Below, one piece after another: positions 40,379 to 52,374 of a stretch of DNA of 64,000 nt. Numbering within the stretch: the stretch's first letter is position 1; every line of letters begins with the position of its first letter. The DNA lies in contig NC_069006.1 of the NCBI RefSeq assembly GCF_001194135.2, positions 6,152,947 through 6,216,946 on the forward strand, given 5' to 3'. The notes under the pieces were generated by a model. The model was given only the letters and a program-made list of their open reading frames with translations, was not told where the DNA came from and made no database searches. This DNA is from Octopus bimaculoides (Eukaryota). The translations under genes were made by a program, and so were the position numbers.

Positions 40379-40795
40379 GAATATATTACAGTATCATAGA
40401 ATCAATGAGACTATCAGATGTTGTTATACATCACTGGTCACAGTGCACTTTGCATCATTTTATAACTTTTGAATGATGCCACTCCACTGGCTATGCGAGC
40501 AGGCCAACATTCTTCCCGATTGGAAGGCTATTCTGTCATAGGGTGACCCTTTTACAGCTGAGTGGACTGGTGCAACCTGAAATGAAGTGTTTTGCTCAAA
40601 AGCACAACACACCATCCATTCCATGAATTGCACTCATCTAGCAGTCATGAATTCAAAACCTTAAGCACTAGACCACATGCCTTCCCATACATATATATAT
40701 ACACACACACAAATATATATATATATAAATAAATATATATATATATATATATAAATTAAACAATTGGGTAAAAAATTGGATATTAATTAATATTG

Positions 40796-41211
40796 ATTTA
40801 ATACCAGGTAACAAGCACATTAAAAGAATCAGGGAGATTCAGAAAAAATATCTGAGATCTCAAGGATTATTGTATGTGTATATATAAGAATATATAAAAA
40901 TATATATAAAGGAGACCACTAGGTGGACTGGTAAAGTGCTAGAAGAAGATAACATGTCATGTGTCTACTAAGATCGAATAATTCTCAAATGGAATTAAAG
41001 ATTTTTTGTTGCTTCGCTAAATTCCCTTTGAGAATTATTTCGTCTTAGTAGACACATGACATGTTATCTTCTTCTAGCACATTAGCAGTCCACCTAGTGG
41101 CCTCCTTTATATATATTTTTATATATACATATGCAATAATCCTTTGAGATCTCAGATATTTTTTCTGAATCTCCCTGATTCTTTTAATGTGCTTGTTCCC
41201 TGGTATTAAAT
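40796..41211. repeat. Long near-perfect inverted repeat (foldback/MITE-like), about 200-bp arms with a 23-nt loop
   Basis: 40796-40996 is the reverse complement of 41020-41211 with few differences (e.g. ACAAGCACATTAAAAGAATCAGGGAGATTCAGAAAAAATATCTGAGATCTCAA in both arms). The right end runs into a gap. Confidence 0.92.
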
Positions 41212-41614
41212 TGANNNNNNNNNNNNNNNNNNNNNNNNNNNNNNNNNNNNNNNNNNNNNNNNNNNNNNNNNNNNNNNNNNNNNNNNNNNNNNNNNNNNNN
41301 NNNNNNNNNNNNNNNNNNNNNNNNNNNNNNNNNNNNNNNNNNNNNNNNNNNNNNNNNNNNNNNNNNNNNNNNNNNNNNNNNNNNNNNNNNNNNNNNNNNN
41401 NNNNNNNNNNNNNNNNNNNNNNNNNNNNNNNNNNNNNNNNNNNNNNNNNNNNNNNNNNNNNNNNNNNNNNNNNNNNNNNNNNNNNNNNNNNNNNNNNNNN
41501 NNNNNNNNNNNNNNNNNNNNNNNNNNNNNNNNNNNNNNNNNNNNNNNNNNNNNNNNNNNNNNNNNNNNNNNNNNNNNNNNNNNNNNNNNNNNNNNNNNNN
41601 NNNNNNNNNNNNNN

Positions 41615-41665
<51 letters not shown>

Positions 41666-41675
41666 CATACATACA

Positions 41676-42326
41676 CAAGGGGAAGTCAAAAAGTATCTGC
41701 ATTTTCACCATAACATATCTTTATTATTATCACCCTGCCTTCTGCACATGCGTGCTTATAGTTGGTACTGTTGTGGTCTTGTAATTGACGTTTGAGCCTG
41801 ATCATGCCATTTTTCTTTCTGGCTTTACAGTGTAAGCCTGACTGCTCCACTAGCAATGTGCACCAAAGAAGAACAAAGAACAGTGATCAAATTTCTCTGG
41901 TTAGAAGGCGTGTCAAAGTGCTGAAATTCACCAGAGGCTTTTAGCACAATATGGGGACAGTGCACTCCCACGCAGAATTGTGTACGAGTGGATTGAGAAG
42001 TTTAAAAAGTGGCCAGACAAGAGTGATGCACGAAGAGGGAGTTGGACACCCGTCAACCTCCACCACTTGGGAGATGGTGATGGGGAACAGGTTCATCATT
42101 ACCAGCTCTTGCGTCACAGCTCTTTGGTCTTCTTTGGTGCACATTGCTAGTGGAATGACCAGGCTCACACTTTAAAGCCAGTAAGAAAAACAGCGCAATC
42201 AGGCTCCAACTTCGATCACGTGGCCACAATAGTACCAATTATAAGCACACACGCGCAGAAGGCAGTGCGACAATAATAAAGATATGCTATGGTGAGAGAG
42301 TGAATAATTTTTGACTTCACTTCATA
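41676..42326 (+). mobile_element. Non-autonomous mariner-derived element with about 210-bp inverted arms and a transposase N-terminal relic
   Basis: Termini AGGGGAAGTCAAAAA and TTTTTGACTTCACTTCA-TA. ATG at 41856 gives MCTKEEQRTVIKFLWLEGVS/AEIHQRLLAQYGDSALPRRIVYEWIEKFK/SGQTRVMHEEGVGHPSTSTT (mariner HTH region, two frameshifts). The right arm is an inverted copy of the left end. Confidence 0.88.
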
Positions 42327-43125
42327 TATATATATATTATATTAGTATATATATATAAATATATATTAGTATATATTAGTATATATATATATATATATAT
42401 ATATNNNNNNNNNNNNNNNNNNNNNNNNNNNNNNNNNNNNNNNNNNNNNNNNNNNNNNNNNNNNNNNNNNNNNNNNNNNNNNNNNNNNNNNNNNNNNNNN
42501 NNNNNNNNNNNNNNNNNNNNNNNNNNNNNNNNNNNNNNNNNNNNNNNNNNNNNNNNNNNNNNNNNNNNNNNNNNNNNNNNNNNNNNNNNNNNNNNNNNNN
42601 NNNNNNNNNNNNNNNNNNNNNNNNNNNNNNNNNNNNNNNNNNNNNNNNNNNNNNNNNNNNNNNNNNNNNNNNNNNNNNNNNNNNNNNNNNNNNNNNNNNN
42701 NNNNNNNNNNNNNNNNNNNNNNNNNNNNNNNNNNNNNNNNNNNNNNNNNNNNNNNNNNNNNNNNNNNNNNNNNNNNNNNNNNNNNNNNNNNNNNNNNNNN
42801 NNNNNNNNNNNNNNNNNNNNNNNNNNNNNNNNNNNNNNNNNNNNNNNNNNNNNNNNNNNNNNNNNNNNNNNNNNNNNNNNNNNNNNNNNNNNNNNNNNNN
42901 NNNNNNNNNNNNNNNNNNNNNNNNNNNNNNNNNNNNNNNNNNNNNNNNNNNNNNNNNNNNNNNNNNNNNNNNNNNNNNNNNNNNNNNNNNNNNNNNNNNN
43001 NNNNNNNNNNNNNNNNNNNNNNNNNNNNNNNNNNNNNNNNNNNNNNNNNNNNNNNNNNNNNNNNNNNNNNNNNNNNNNNNNNNNNNNNNNNNNNNNNNNN
43101 NNNNNNNNNNNNNNNNNNNNNNNTA

Positions 43126-43205
43126 TATATTTATATAAGGGCATTAGTATAGAAGAATACCTCACATGAGGCATTCTTCTATACTAATGCCCTTATATAA
43201 ATATA
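43126..43205. repeat. Short palindrome, about 39-bp arms, 2-nt loop, one mismatch
   Basis: TTATATAAGGGCATTAGTATAGAAGAATACCTCA-CA-TGAGGCATTCTTCTATACTAATGCCCTTATATAA. Confidence 0.9.
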
Positions 43206-44061
43206 AATAAATACATTATAGAGAATAATGATGGATTTTTTTTCCCTTATGAGCTTTTTCACGCTAGCTACTTGATAAAATTCTTGTAAAAGATTTTATC
43301 CTATTATTATCCCTTAGTGGGTTGAATCCTCAACCCCTAACTCTCTTGCATTATATATATATATGTATATATAACTGTTGAAAGACATCATATATCAGAC
43401 AAGTTGTTGTTTAGCTAAGACATTATGTCCATAGACAACTAGCCTTTTACCAGATAATTTATTTAAGAATATCTAAAGTGCCATCTATGTATATTTTTTT
43501 TAACATTCAGTAGTAGAGCGTAATTTTAAAAGGAGCTTGGTTGTTATATCTAGCTGGTAATGGTTCCCATTTTGGGTTGTATTTGTCATCTTACACAAGA
43601 ATGCAAGAATTTTCACAGAATAGCGAAAGATAAATTTGAAAGCCATTCAAATGCCGAGTAAATATTCTTTTTGTGGTATTTTCCTTTCCATTGTTCCTTT
43701 CAGAAATGGTGTATAATATTGAACTGTCTCAGATATAAGTTGATGAATGAGAATTCAAAATAAAAATCAATATGAGACATAAAACAAGGGCAGATTTTTG
43801 AGTGTGGTCACATTATCTTAGATGTAATGGATCGTGTTTAGAATTTTAAATATGGAATTTCTAAAGAGGATGAAGAAGAAGAGGATGAAAGGGAAATGGA
43901 TTAGAATTTGAAAATGTATGTTGATTAATGTTTGTGACAATGGAGAGGAATTCAGTGTTATTTCTTTGATGTTTACAACTACATGACAGATAGATGCATA
44001 GATGGATAGACAGGGAGATAGAGGAAATCATTGGCTTGACAAATGGAAAACTATAATCCTG

Positions 44062-44105
<44 letters not shown>

Positions 44106-44238
44106 TATATACATACATATATAGATATAAGCACATGCATATATGTGTGTGTGTGTATACATATATATATATATATATATAAATNNNNNNNNNNATATAT
44201 ATATAAATATACACATACATAAGTATATATTTGTATAC

Positions 44239-44299
<61 letters not shown>

Positions 44300-44836
44300 C
44301 ATGCACATATATATATTCATATAGACATAAATGCATATACATTTATTCATACATTCATGCATACACACATATATATGTATATATATATGTGTATGTATAT
44401 ATATGCACATACAAATATTGCTTTCAAATTTTGGCACAAGGCCAGCAATTTTGGGCGTGGAGTTAAGTCAGTTACAGCGACCTCCAGTGCTCAACTGGTA
44501 CTTGTTTTACTGACTCTGGTGGGATTTGAACTCAGAATGTAAAAACAAACATAATGCTGGCAAGCATTTTGTCTATCCATGTGACGATTCCACCAGCTTG
44601 TTGCCTTATATTTGTATGGTGTGAGTTGAGATGCCCAGTATATTACCAGTATTCAACACTCCAGCTGTTCCTTTATATTCAGACAAAGATTCTGAAGTCA
44701 GTTCTGATGACGTGAAGATGCAACGAATTACATTGGGCTGGGCTTTTGCAATTCATCTTTGCAATCTTCACTGGAACACTTGTATGGATGCCATAGGTAA
44801 GAAATTTTTGAACAAACTGCCAAGTCTTGCTTGCTT

Positions 44837-44876
<40 letters not shown>

Positions 44877-45254
44877 TATATATATATATATGTATGTATA
44901 TATATGTAGATATATATATGTATGTATGTATATATATTTATTTAAATGCTTTCTAAAATAAACATACACTTCATTTTAAAGGCTCTGGAGAAGCTATAGG
45001 ATGCTGTATAAGCACTCAGGTCTGAGTGCACTGCTTCTTATGGCAGAAACAGCTGTAAGCTAATTAAGTTGATTGCACAATTCCTGTTCCCTTGTCATTC
45101 AATTAATTCATACATATCAGATGCAGTGAAGGTACTTTATAAATGAAATAGCTATTACTACTGGGCCTATGATGACTACAAATAATAATGATAATAATAA
45201 TAATAATGATGATGATGATAATAATAATAATAATAATAATAAAAATAATAATAA

Positions 45255-45285
<31 letters not shown>

Positions 45286-48200
45286 AAAAGCTACATATAC
45301 TTTAAAGGGAAGGTAAAGAAATGTAAAAGAAATGTGAGATTAAGTTTCTTAAAAGTGATATTAATATCACTGTGGAGAATGTTGACCAAACAACCAGTTG
45401 TGAGGGTTGAAAATTGCTGTTAAGAAACGCGCACACTACAGAACCCTCGACATTCTTTTGGAATGTCTCAGAGCTGTTTCTGTAGCACAGACGCCATCAG
45501 AGGGGCACACCGTTGCTGAAGGTTTGCAGTGAATTTCAAAGAAGTATAAATTCTAAATGATACTTACAAGTCCGTGCAACTTTTCCTTTAAAAAAAAAAG
45601 AAAGAGTGAAGGAATGTTTGTTAACAATGTTCTGTGAGAACACAACATAGAGGTGCATGAACATAAACACATAATTTGTTTGCTCAGCAACTTTCATTTT
45701 GTCAAGTTAAGACATTCTAATTCTTCGAATCATATAGAGATCTATATAGTATATATATATATAGTGTATATTATATATTATATATTAATATATATGCATC
45801 GGTGTATACAAGTGATGACATAAGTTGCAAATCCATTGCCAGCAGGAAAAGTGGAAAATTAAATGGTTTACAAAAAAAAAATATAATAATAAAATGAACA
45901 ACATTGAAGATTCCCTAGGGTGCCATGCTGAAGACAATAGTTAGAGGTGAATAAAATAAAGGTTTTGGTGTTGCACGGAGTTGATAGTCGTTGGAGGAAG
46001 AGGTGAAATGAAGCAGATATATGATGGTGCCCAAAGCATTTCATAAGCCATTTTCAAGAAGAATTGGTAAGAGTCAAGTGGGTGAGGTGAGGAAGAATAA
46101 TAATGTGTTGACAACAATATGAAGGAGATGTAGCATGCTTAGATAAAGAACTGGTGGTGGTGGCAGTGGTGGTGGTGGTGATGGTGGTGGTGGTGGTGAT
46201 GGTGGTGGTGGTGGTGGTGGTGATAGCGGCAATGGTGAGTGAGTTGGGTGAAATGAGAAGAATATAGCAAGTCTAGATAGAGCCAAGTTGAAATGGAATC
46301 AATTTTCATAAGAACCGTATTTCATCAAATCAAAATATTCAACAAAACATTTCAAATAGTAATATATGTGTATGTCTGTATGTAAGCATGTGTGAGTGAG
46401 TGTATGTGTTTGTGTGTATGTACATATATGTGTGTGCTTGTATGTATGTATGTGTGCGTTCGCGTATATTATATATATGTTAGCATATGAATGTATATAT
46501 GTGTATATGTATATAAGTATATTTGCCAGTATCTACATGTGCTATGTGTGTGTATACATGTAAATATGCATATAAGATAGTTTTTAAGTGTGTGTGTACG
46601 TGTGGAACATACATAGAAATAACATCCAACATAGAAACAACAGTAGTTAAGTCACATGTTTCTCTGATTAGTTAATAAAGAAAACAACAATTGGAGGGGA
46701 GAGATGCAGGAGACAAGCTTGATTAGAAAAATGGTTGCATCTTCATTGAAAAGATACAAAACAGAAAGATAACACATTTTGTAGAACAGATTGAGGTTGG
46801 TGGGGCGGGGGACAAATTTTAGAGAAATAAAGACTTCTGTTACAGAGAGCTAACTCCTCTAAAAATTGTCTTTTGTTTAGTGGTGAGAAGTCTGTATCCT
46901 GATCGCATATAGTTCTGGGTTCAGTCACTCTATGTAGCACCTTGGACAAATGTCTTCTGCTACAGGCCCAGACTATCTAAAGCCTTGTGAACAGACTTGG
47001 TAGACAGAAACTAAAAGAAGCCCATTGTATGTGTGTATGTGTATATAATATATATATATATATATTTGTGTGTGTATTAATGTTTGTTTTTATGTTCAGT
47101 TATAACAAAAAGAATTCGGTTAGTCCATACTTTGTGGTGTACAAATTTATTATTCTTAAGTAAGAATAGTATCGATAGTGACTTTGAAGTTTTGGCCAGT
47201 TCGACAATGGCTTAACTGACTGAAACTTTGAAGTCACTGTCAACAAGACTCCTGTTTAAAAACAACATATGTGTGTGTGTGTATGAGTGTTTATTAGTGT
47301 CTTCTTGCCTACACATCATGTGACAGTTGTAAACAAGGGGTGTCCCACCCTCCCTACCTTCCATGAAAATAATGTCTGGCCATGGAGGGGGTGGAAATAT
47401 TGCCTTGCCTGGAAACAGGTGAGGGTTGGTGACAGGAAGGGCGTCCAGCTGGAGAAAATCCACCACAATAAAACTCAGTCCAACCCAGAGGCAAACATGG
47501 AGAAATGGACAGGAAAACGAGGATAAACGAAAAAAAAACAAAAAAAATCCTAATGTTGATTAGTTTAATTTTGCAAGAATGAATGTTTTTCTTTTTTCAT
47601 TTCAGTAGCCCTTGGGAAAGCTGCAAATCTTTAAAATTCTCCAGAAAAGGTGTGACGGTTATGGAAATATTTATGGAAAGTGTTGACATATGAATGTTTT
47701 ATAGTTGAAGGAATGACACACACTGGTTCATAAATCAAGATAAATTAGAGCACTGCAGGCCAATATTTGGGATATTCAAACATTTTTTAGGATTAACTTT
47801 CTAATCTTGGCCGTTCTGCATCAAATTAACTTTAATCATATTTTATTTCACTACCATAAATGGCAAAGCAACAGACACAAAACAAAACAAAGTTTAAAAA
47901 GCTATTAAAAAGCAAAAAAAAAAATTTTTTTTAAATGCATTAATATTCTTTTAAAAAAATGCATTTGTATTGTATGTTTTGGACAGTGATTTGACACATA
48001 AAAATCAAATCAAATCTATATTTTTTTCTCTCATTTATTTGTTTATCTTGAAATATATTTCTTTGGGACTCGGCTCACACATACTGAATTTCTAGCTTGT
48101 TGTCACAGCATAACCAAATATTAAAAAAGGTGGACATTTTCTATCATAATGCTTCAGGGACTGAAAGGATATTAAACTTGGTAAAAAATCTCCAAATTGC

Positions 48201-48526
48201 AAATTAAACTGACAAGAATACCAAAAGAAAAGACAATAAACTAAATCATTGAAAATACTAAATCTAATCATATCTCACTTCTATCATTTTTTCCCCCCTT
48301 TTCTATTCCAGGCATGTTAAGTTGATTTCATCCTCTTGGTTGAATTTATTAAAACTTCTTTTACAATTTCTGGAAGTTTTACACTGACAACAGACAATAT
48401 CTGTCTGATCTGTCTTTTAAGGGCAAAGACCATGTTTTTTTCTTCTTTTTCTTATTGTCTTATTATATTTATTAGCTTTCCTCTTTCCTTCTTTATTATT
48501 TTCTATTTATTGGCTCAAGAAACAAA

Positions 48527-48570
<44 letters not shown>

Positions 48571-48910
48571 ATACATACACTGAGAGGTAATATCCCCACT
48601 TAAATGTGGATGTTTTACATATATATATATATATATATTTATGTGTATATATATACATATATATATGTATTGCACACACACATATATATACACATGTGTA
48701 CATACACATATATATATGTCTACATATATATATGTCTACATATATATATNNNNNNNNNNNNNNNNNNNNNTATATATGTATGTATATATAAATACACACA
48801 CACACACACATGTTGCTAAAACAAAGTTCGTCTATATTGAAGCTAGTTCCACCACCAGAGCTCAAATTTCCTGTTAGTCATTTTGATTAGATTTAAGAGA
48901 CAATGGTAGA

Positions 48911-48967
<57 letters not shown>

Positions 48968-49074
48968 AAGTGAGGAGGAGATGGGTAAAGGAAGAGGCAA
49001 AGATCGTTTGGTTGTTATGGCAGTTTTGATCTAGGGATGAAACATATATGATGATATTTTCTCATTGGAGAACT

Positions 49075-49111
<37 letters not shown>

Positions 49112-49163
49112 ATGATAAAAGCGAGCTAGCTATTTCTGTAATGAGGGTATCAGATCTTAATAA

Positions 49164-49495
49164 TCATCATCATCATCATCATCATCATCGTTTAACGTCC
49201 GCTTTCCATGCTAGCATGGGTTGGACGATTTGACTGAGGACTGGTGAAACCAGATGGCTGCACCAGGCTCCAATCTGATTTGGCAGAGTTTCTACAGCTG
49301 GATGCCCTTCCTAACGCCAACCACTCTGAGAGTGTAGTGGGTGCTTTTACATGCCACCGGCATGAAGGCCAGTCAGGCGGTACTGGCAATGGCCATGCTC
49401 AAAATGGTGTACTTTATGTGCCACCCGCACAAGAGCCAGTCCAGGGGCACTGGCAACAATCTCGCTCGAAAATCCTTACACATGTCACGGACACA
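49164..49495 (-). mobile_element. Repeat family D ((GAT)n-tailed SINE or LINE 3' end)
   Basis: (CAT)n-CGTTTAACGTCCGCTTTCCATGCTAGCATGGGTTGGACG...CTGGATGCCCTTCCTAACGCCAACCAC; related copies near 4950-5190, 17765-17975, 39660-39952, 56842-57395 and 61575-61680. Confidence 0.8.
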
Positions 49496-49747
49496 AGTGC
49501 AGTAATAATAATTGTTTCTGACTTAGATACAAGACCAGTAGTTTCAAGGGGAGGGGTAAGTACTCGACTGGCACTTTATTTTATCGACTGCAACCCTCAC
49601 CCCAAAGGATGAAAAGCAAAGTCAATCTCAGCAGGTTTTGAACTCAGAACATCATGGTCTAATACAAAAACAGCAAAAGCATTTTTTTACGAAGCCCCAA
49701 CAATTCAGCTAGCTTGACACTTTTTATCTTACTGAATAATAATAATG

Positions 49748-49790
<43 letters not shown>

Positions 49791-49977
49791 TACTTTCTAC
49801 TATTGGCACAAGGCCTGAAATTTTGGGGAAGGGGACTAGTTTATTGCATCAATCCCAAAGTTTCACTGGTACTTTATCGACCCTGAAAGGATAAAAGGCA
49901 AAGTGGACCTTGGCAGAATTTGAACTCAGAATGTCAGGATGGATGAAACACTGCTAAACATTTTGCACCATCTGCTA

Positions 49978-50335
49978 AAATAATAAAGAGAAAAGGTTGA
50001 TAAATATGGAGACCTGAAAATTGAGATTGCTAAGATATAGCAGCTATGAGAGTCGAACATAAAGTTTATCCCTATTGTCATTGGAGCATTGGGTTCAATA
50101 CCAACCAACCAACCTAAAGAAACATCTGGAAACTTTAGAAATACCCTACAATCTAGATGTATTGCAAAAATTGGCATTATTTAGAACTGCAGGAATATTG
50201 CATAAAGTACTGTCTGTCTGAGGGCCTTGTTGTGACTTGACAAACAGTACAAATCCCCAGTAGACACAATATCTTCAATCAACAACCTCACGATATTGGA
50301 TACTGTGCGATGTCCATAATGATAATAATGATAAT
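49978..50335 (+). mobile_element. 3' end of a restriction-like-endonuclease LINE (R4/Dong-like), decayed
   Basis: Reads EKVDKYGDLKIEIAKI*..IKFIPIVIGALGSIP/TNLKKHLETLEIPYNLDVLQKLALFRTAGILHKVLSV* with stops and a frameshift; flanked by AAT-rich tracts. Confidence 0.8.
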
Positions 50336-50599
50336 TATTATTTCAAATTTTTGACACAAGGGCAGCTTGAGGGAGGTGGGGATGAGTCGATTATATTGAT
50401 CCCAGTGTTCAACTGGTATTTAATTTATTCATCCTGTCAGGATGAAAGGCAAAGCTGACCTCTGCAGAATTTGAACCCAGATGAAATACCGTTAAGCATT
50501 TCACCCAGCGTGCTAATGATTCTGCCAGCTTGCTACCTTCAATAATAATAATAATAATAATAATAATGATTTCATTTATTTGCCACCAGGGCGAAGGAT

Positions 50600-50985
50600 G
50601 AGGGGACAATACAAAGACAGACATAAAGTGTTGGGGTTTAGATATAACGAAATGATGAAAAGAAATTTTTTTAAATGTAAGTATACATGATCTACAATGA
50701 AAAGGGACACATACACAGTATACAAAGGTTAAAAAAAGAAGGTGGGTGGGGAAGAGGACGACAGAGATGTAACTCTCTTGATACAGGATGACCTCTAAGG
50801 ATAATCAAGGAACCCCACTGTCCGAAATTTCCCTGAACACCAAGAGCAAGTGTCCTCTCTAATTCCTTCTCTCCGACTCACAGGTCTACACTGAGAGAGG
50901 TGCCATCCACTCTTGCCATTTTCACAACTTTCATTCACCTTTCAAAAAACTCACTTGAGGACAGATAATAACATTTTGACACAAA
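50600..50985 (-). mobile_element. Decayed LINE 3' end, possibly L1/Tx1-like
   Basis: Minus strand reads LSSSEFFER*MKVVKMARVDGTSLSVDL* then a pyrimidine-rich 3' UTR; resembles a cephalopod LINE end I recall. Clade assignment uncertain. Confidence 0.4.
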
Positions 50986-51149
50986 GCCAAAAGTTTTTGA
51001 GTGGTGGTGGTGGTGGTGGTGGTGGTGGTGTGTGTGTGTGTGTGNNNNNNNNNNNNNNNNNNNNNNNNNNNNNNNNNNNNNNNNNNNNNNNNNNNNNNNN
51101 NNNNNNNNNNNNNNNNNNNNNNNNNNNNNNNNNNNNNNNNNNNNNNNNN

Positions 51150-51900
51150 GTGTGGGGGGGGGCTGATCAATTACATTGACCCCGGTGCATGACTGGTATT
51201 TATTTTATAGACCCTGAAAGGATGAAAGGTAAAGCTGACCAGAAAAGAATTTGAACTTAGAATGCAAGGACAAACAAAATCCCACAAACATTTTGCTTGG
51301 CATGCTAACAGTTCTGTCTACTCGCAATCTTAATAATAATAATAATAATAATAAGAAGAAGAATAACAATAATAATAATGATAAGGATATATCCCTAGGT
51401 GTCAGGAAGACACTCAGCAAGAAATGGAAACAAAATTGAAAGAAGAGGATAATAATGATAATAATGATAATAATAATAATAATAATCCTTTCTACTCTAG
51501 GCACAAGGCCTGAAATTTAGGGGAAGGGGGCCAATAGGTTAGATCAACCCTAGTACACAACTGGTACTTAATTTATTGACCCCAAAAGGATGAAAGGCAA
51601 AGATGACCTTGGCGGAATTTGAACTCAGAATGCAGCAATGAATGAAATACCGCTAAGCATTTCGTCCAGTGTGCAAACAGTTCTGTCAGCTTCCCACCTT
51701 ACTACTACTACTACTACTACTACTAATAATAATAATAATAATTTTTTCGACTCTAGGCACAAGGCCTGAAATTGTTGGGCAAGTTGACCTCTGCCGCATT
51801 TGAACCCAGAATGTAAAGCCCGGTGTGCTAATGATTCTGCCAGCACACCACCTTAATAATAACAATAATAATAATAATAATAATCCTTTCTACTAAAGGC
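51150..51900 (-). mobile_element. Chain of three or more same-orientation SINE-A copies
   Basis: Signatures near 51150, 51485 and 51745, plus a tail fragment near 51885, separated by AAT/TAC tracts. Confidence 0.8.
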
Positions 51901-52343
51901 ACAAGACCTGATGCTCCACTGACTCTTCCCTCATAAATATAAATATGAAAATATATATGTATGTATGTATATTGATGATGATGATGATGATGATGGTGAT
52001 ATTTGATTTCCGTATGTTCTGAAGTCAACAGACATCTACAGGTATGAAAATTAATAATCTACGAAAAATAAACTTTGATCAACACGGATATCAAAAGTAG
52101 AATTACCAACTTTTCAAAATAATAATGAAAATGAAAATAATAATAAAAATAATAACTCTAAAAACATGAAAGTCAGCATAAATATTATATCTTTCTACAG
52201 ATATTGTGAAGTAAAAATAAGTCAAAGTATGGCTTAATTATACACATGGGAATTGAAAAGCTATAAAATTCTAAAGGTACGTCTCATCTTGTTGATTGCA
52301 TAGCACTTTAATGATTAAAACACACACACACACATACACACGC

Positions 52344-52374
<31 letters not shown>

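Noticed and set aside
44701-44740. Other CTGATGA words (also near 3286, 9787 and 15690) as hammerhead cores
   Set aside because: None has a stem II closing onto a downstream GAAA with a compatible stem III.
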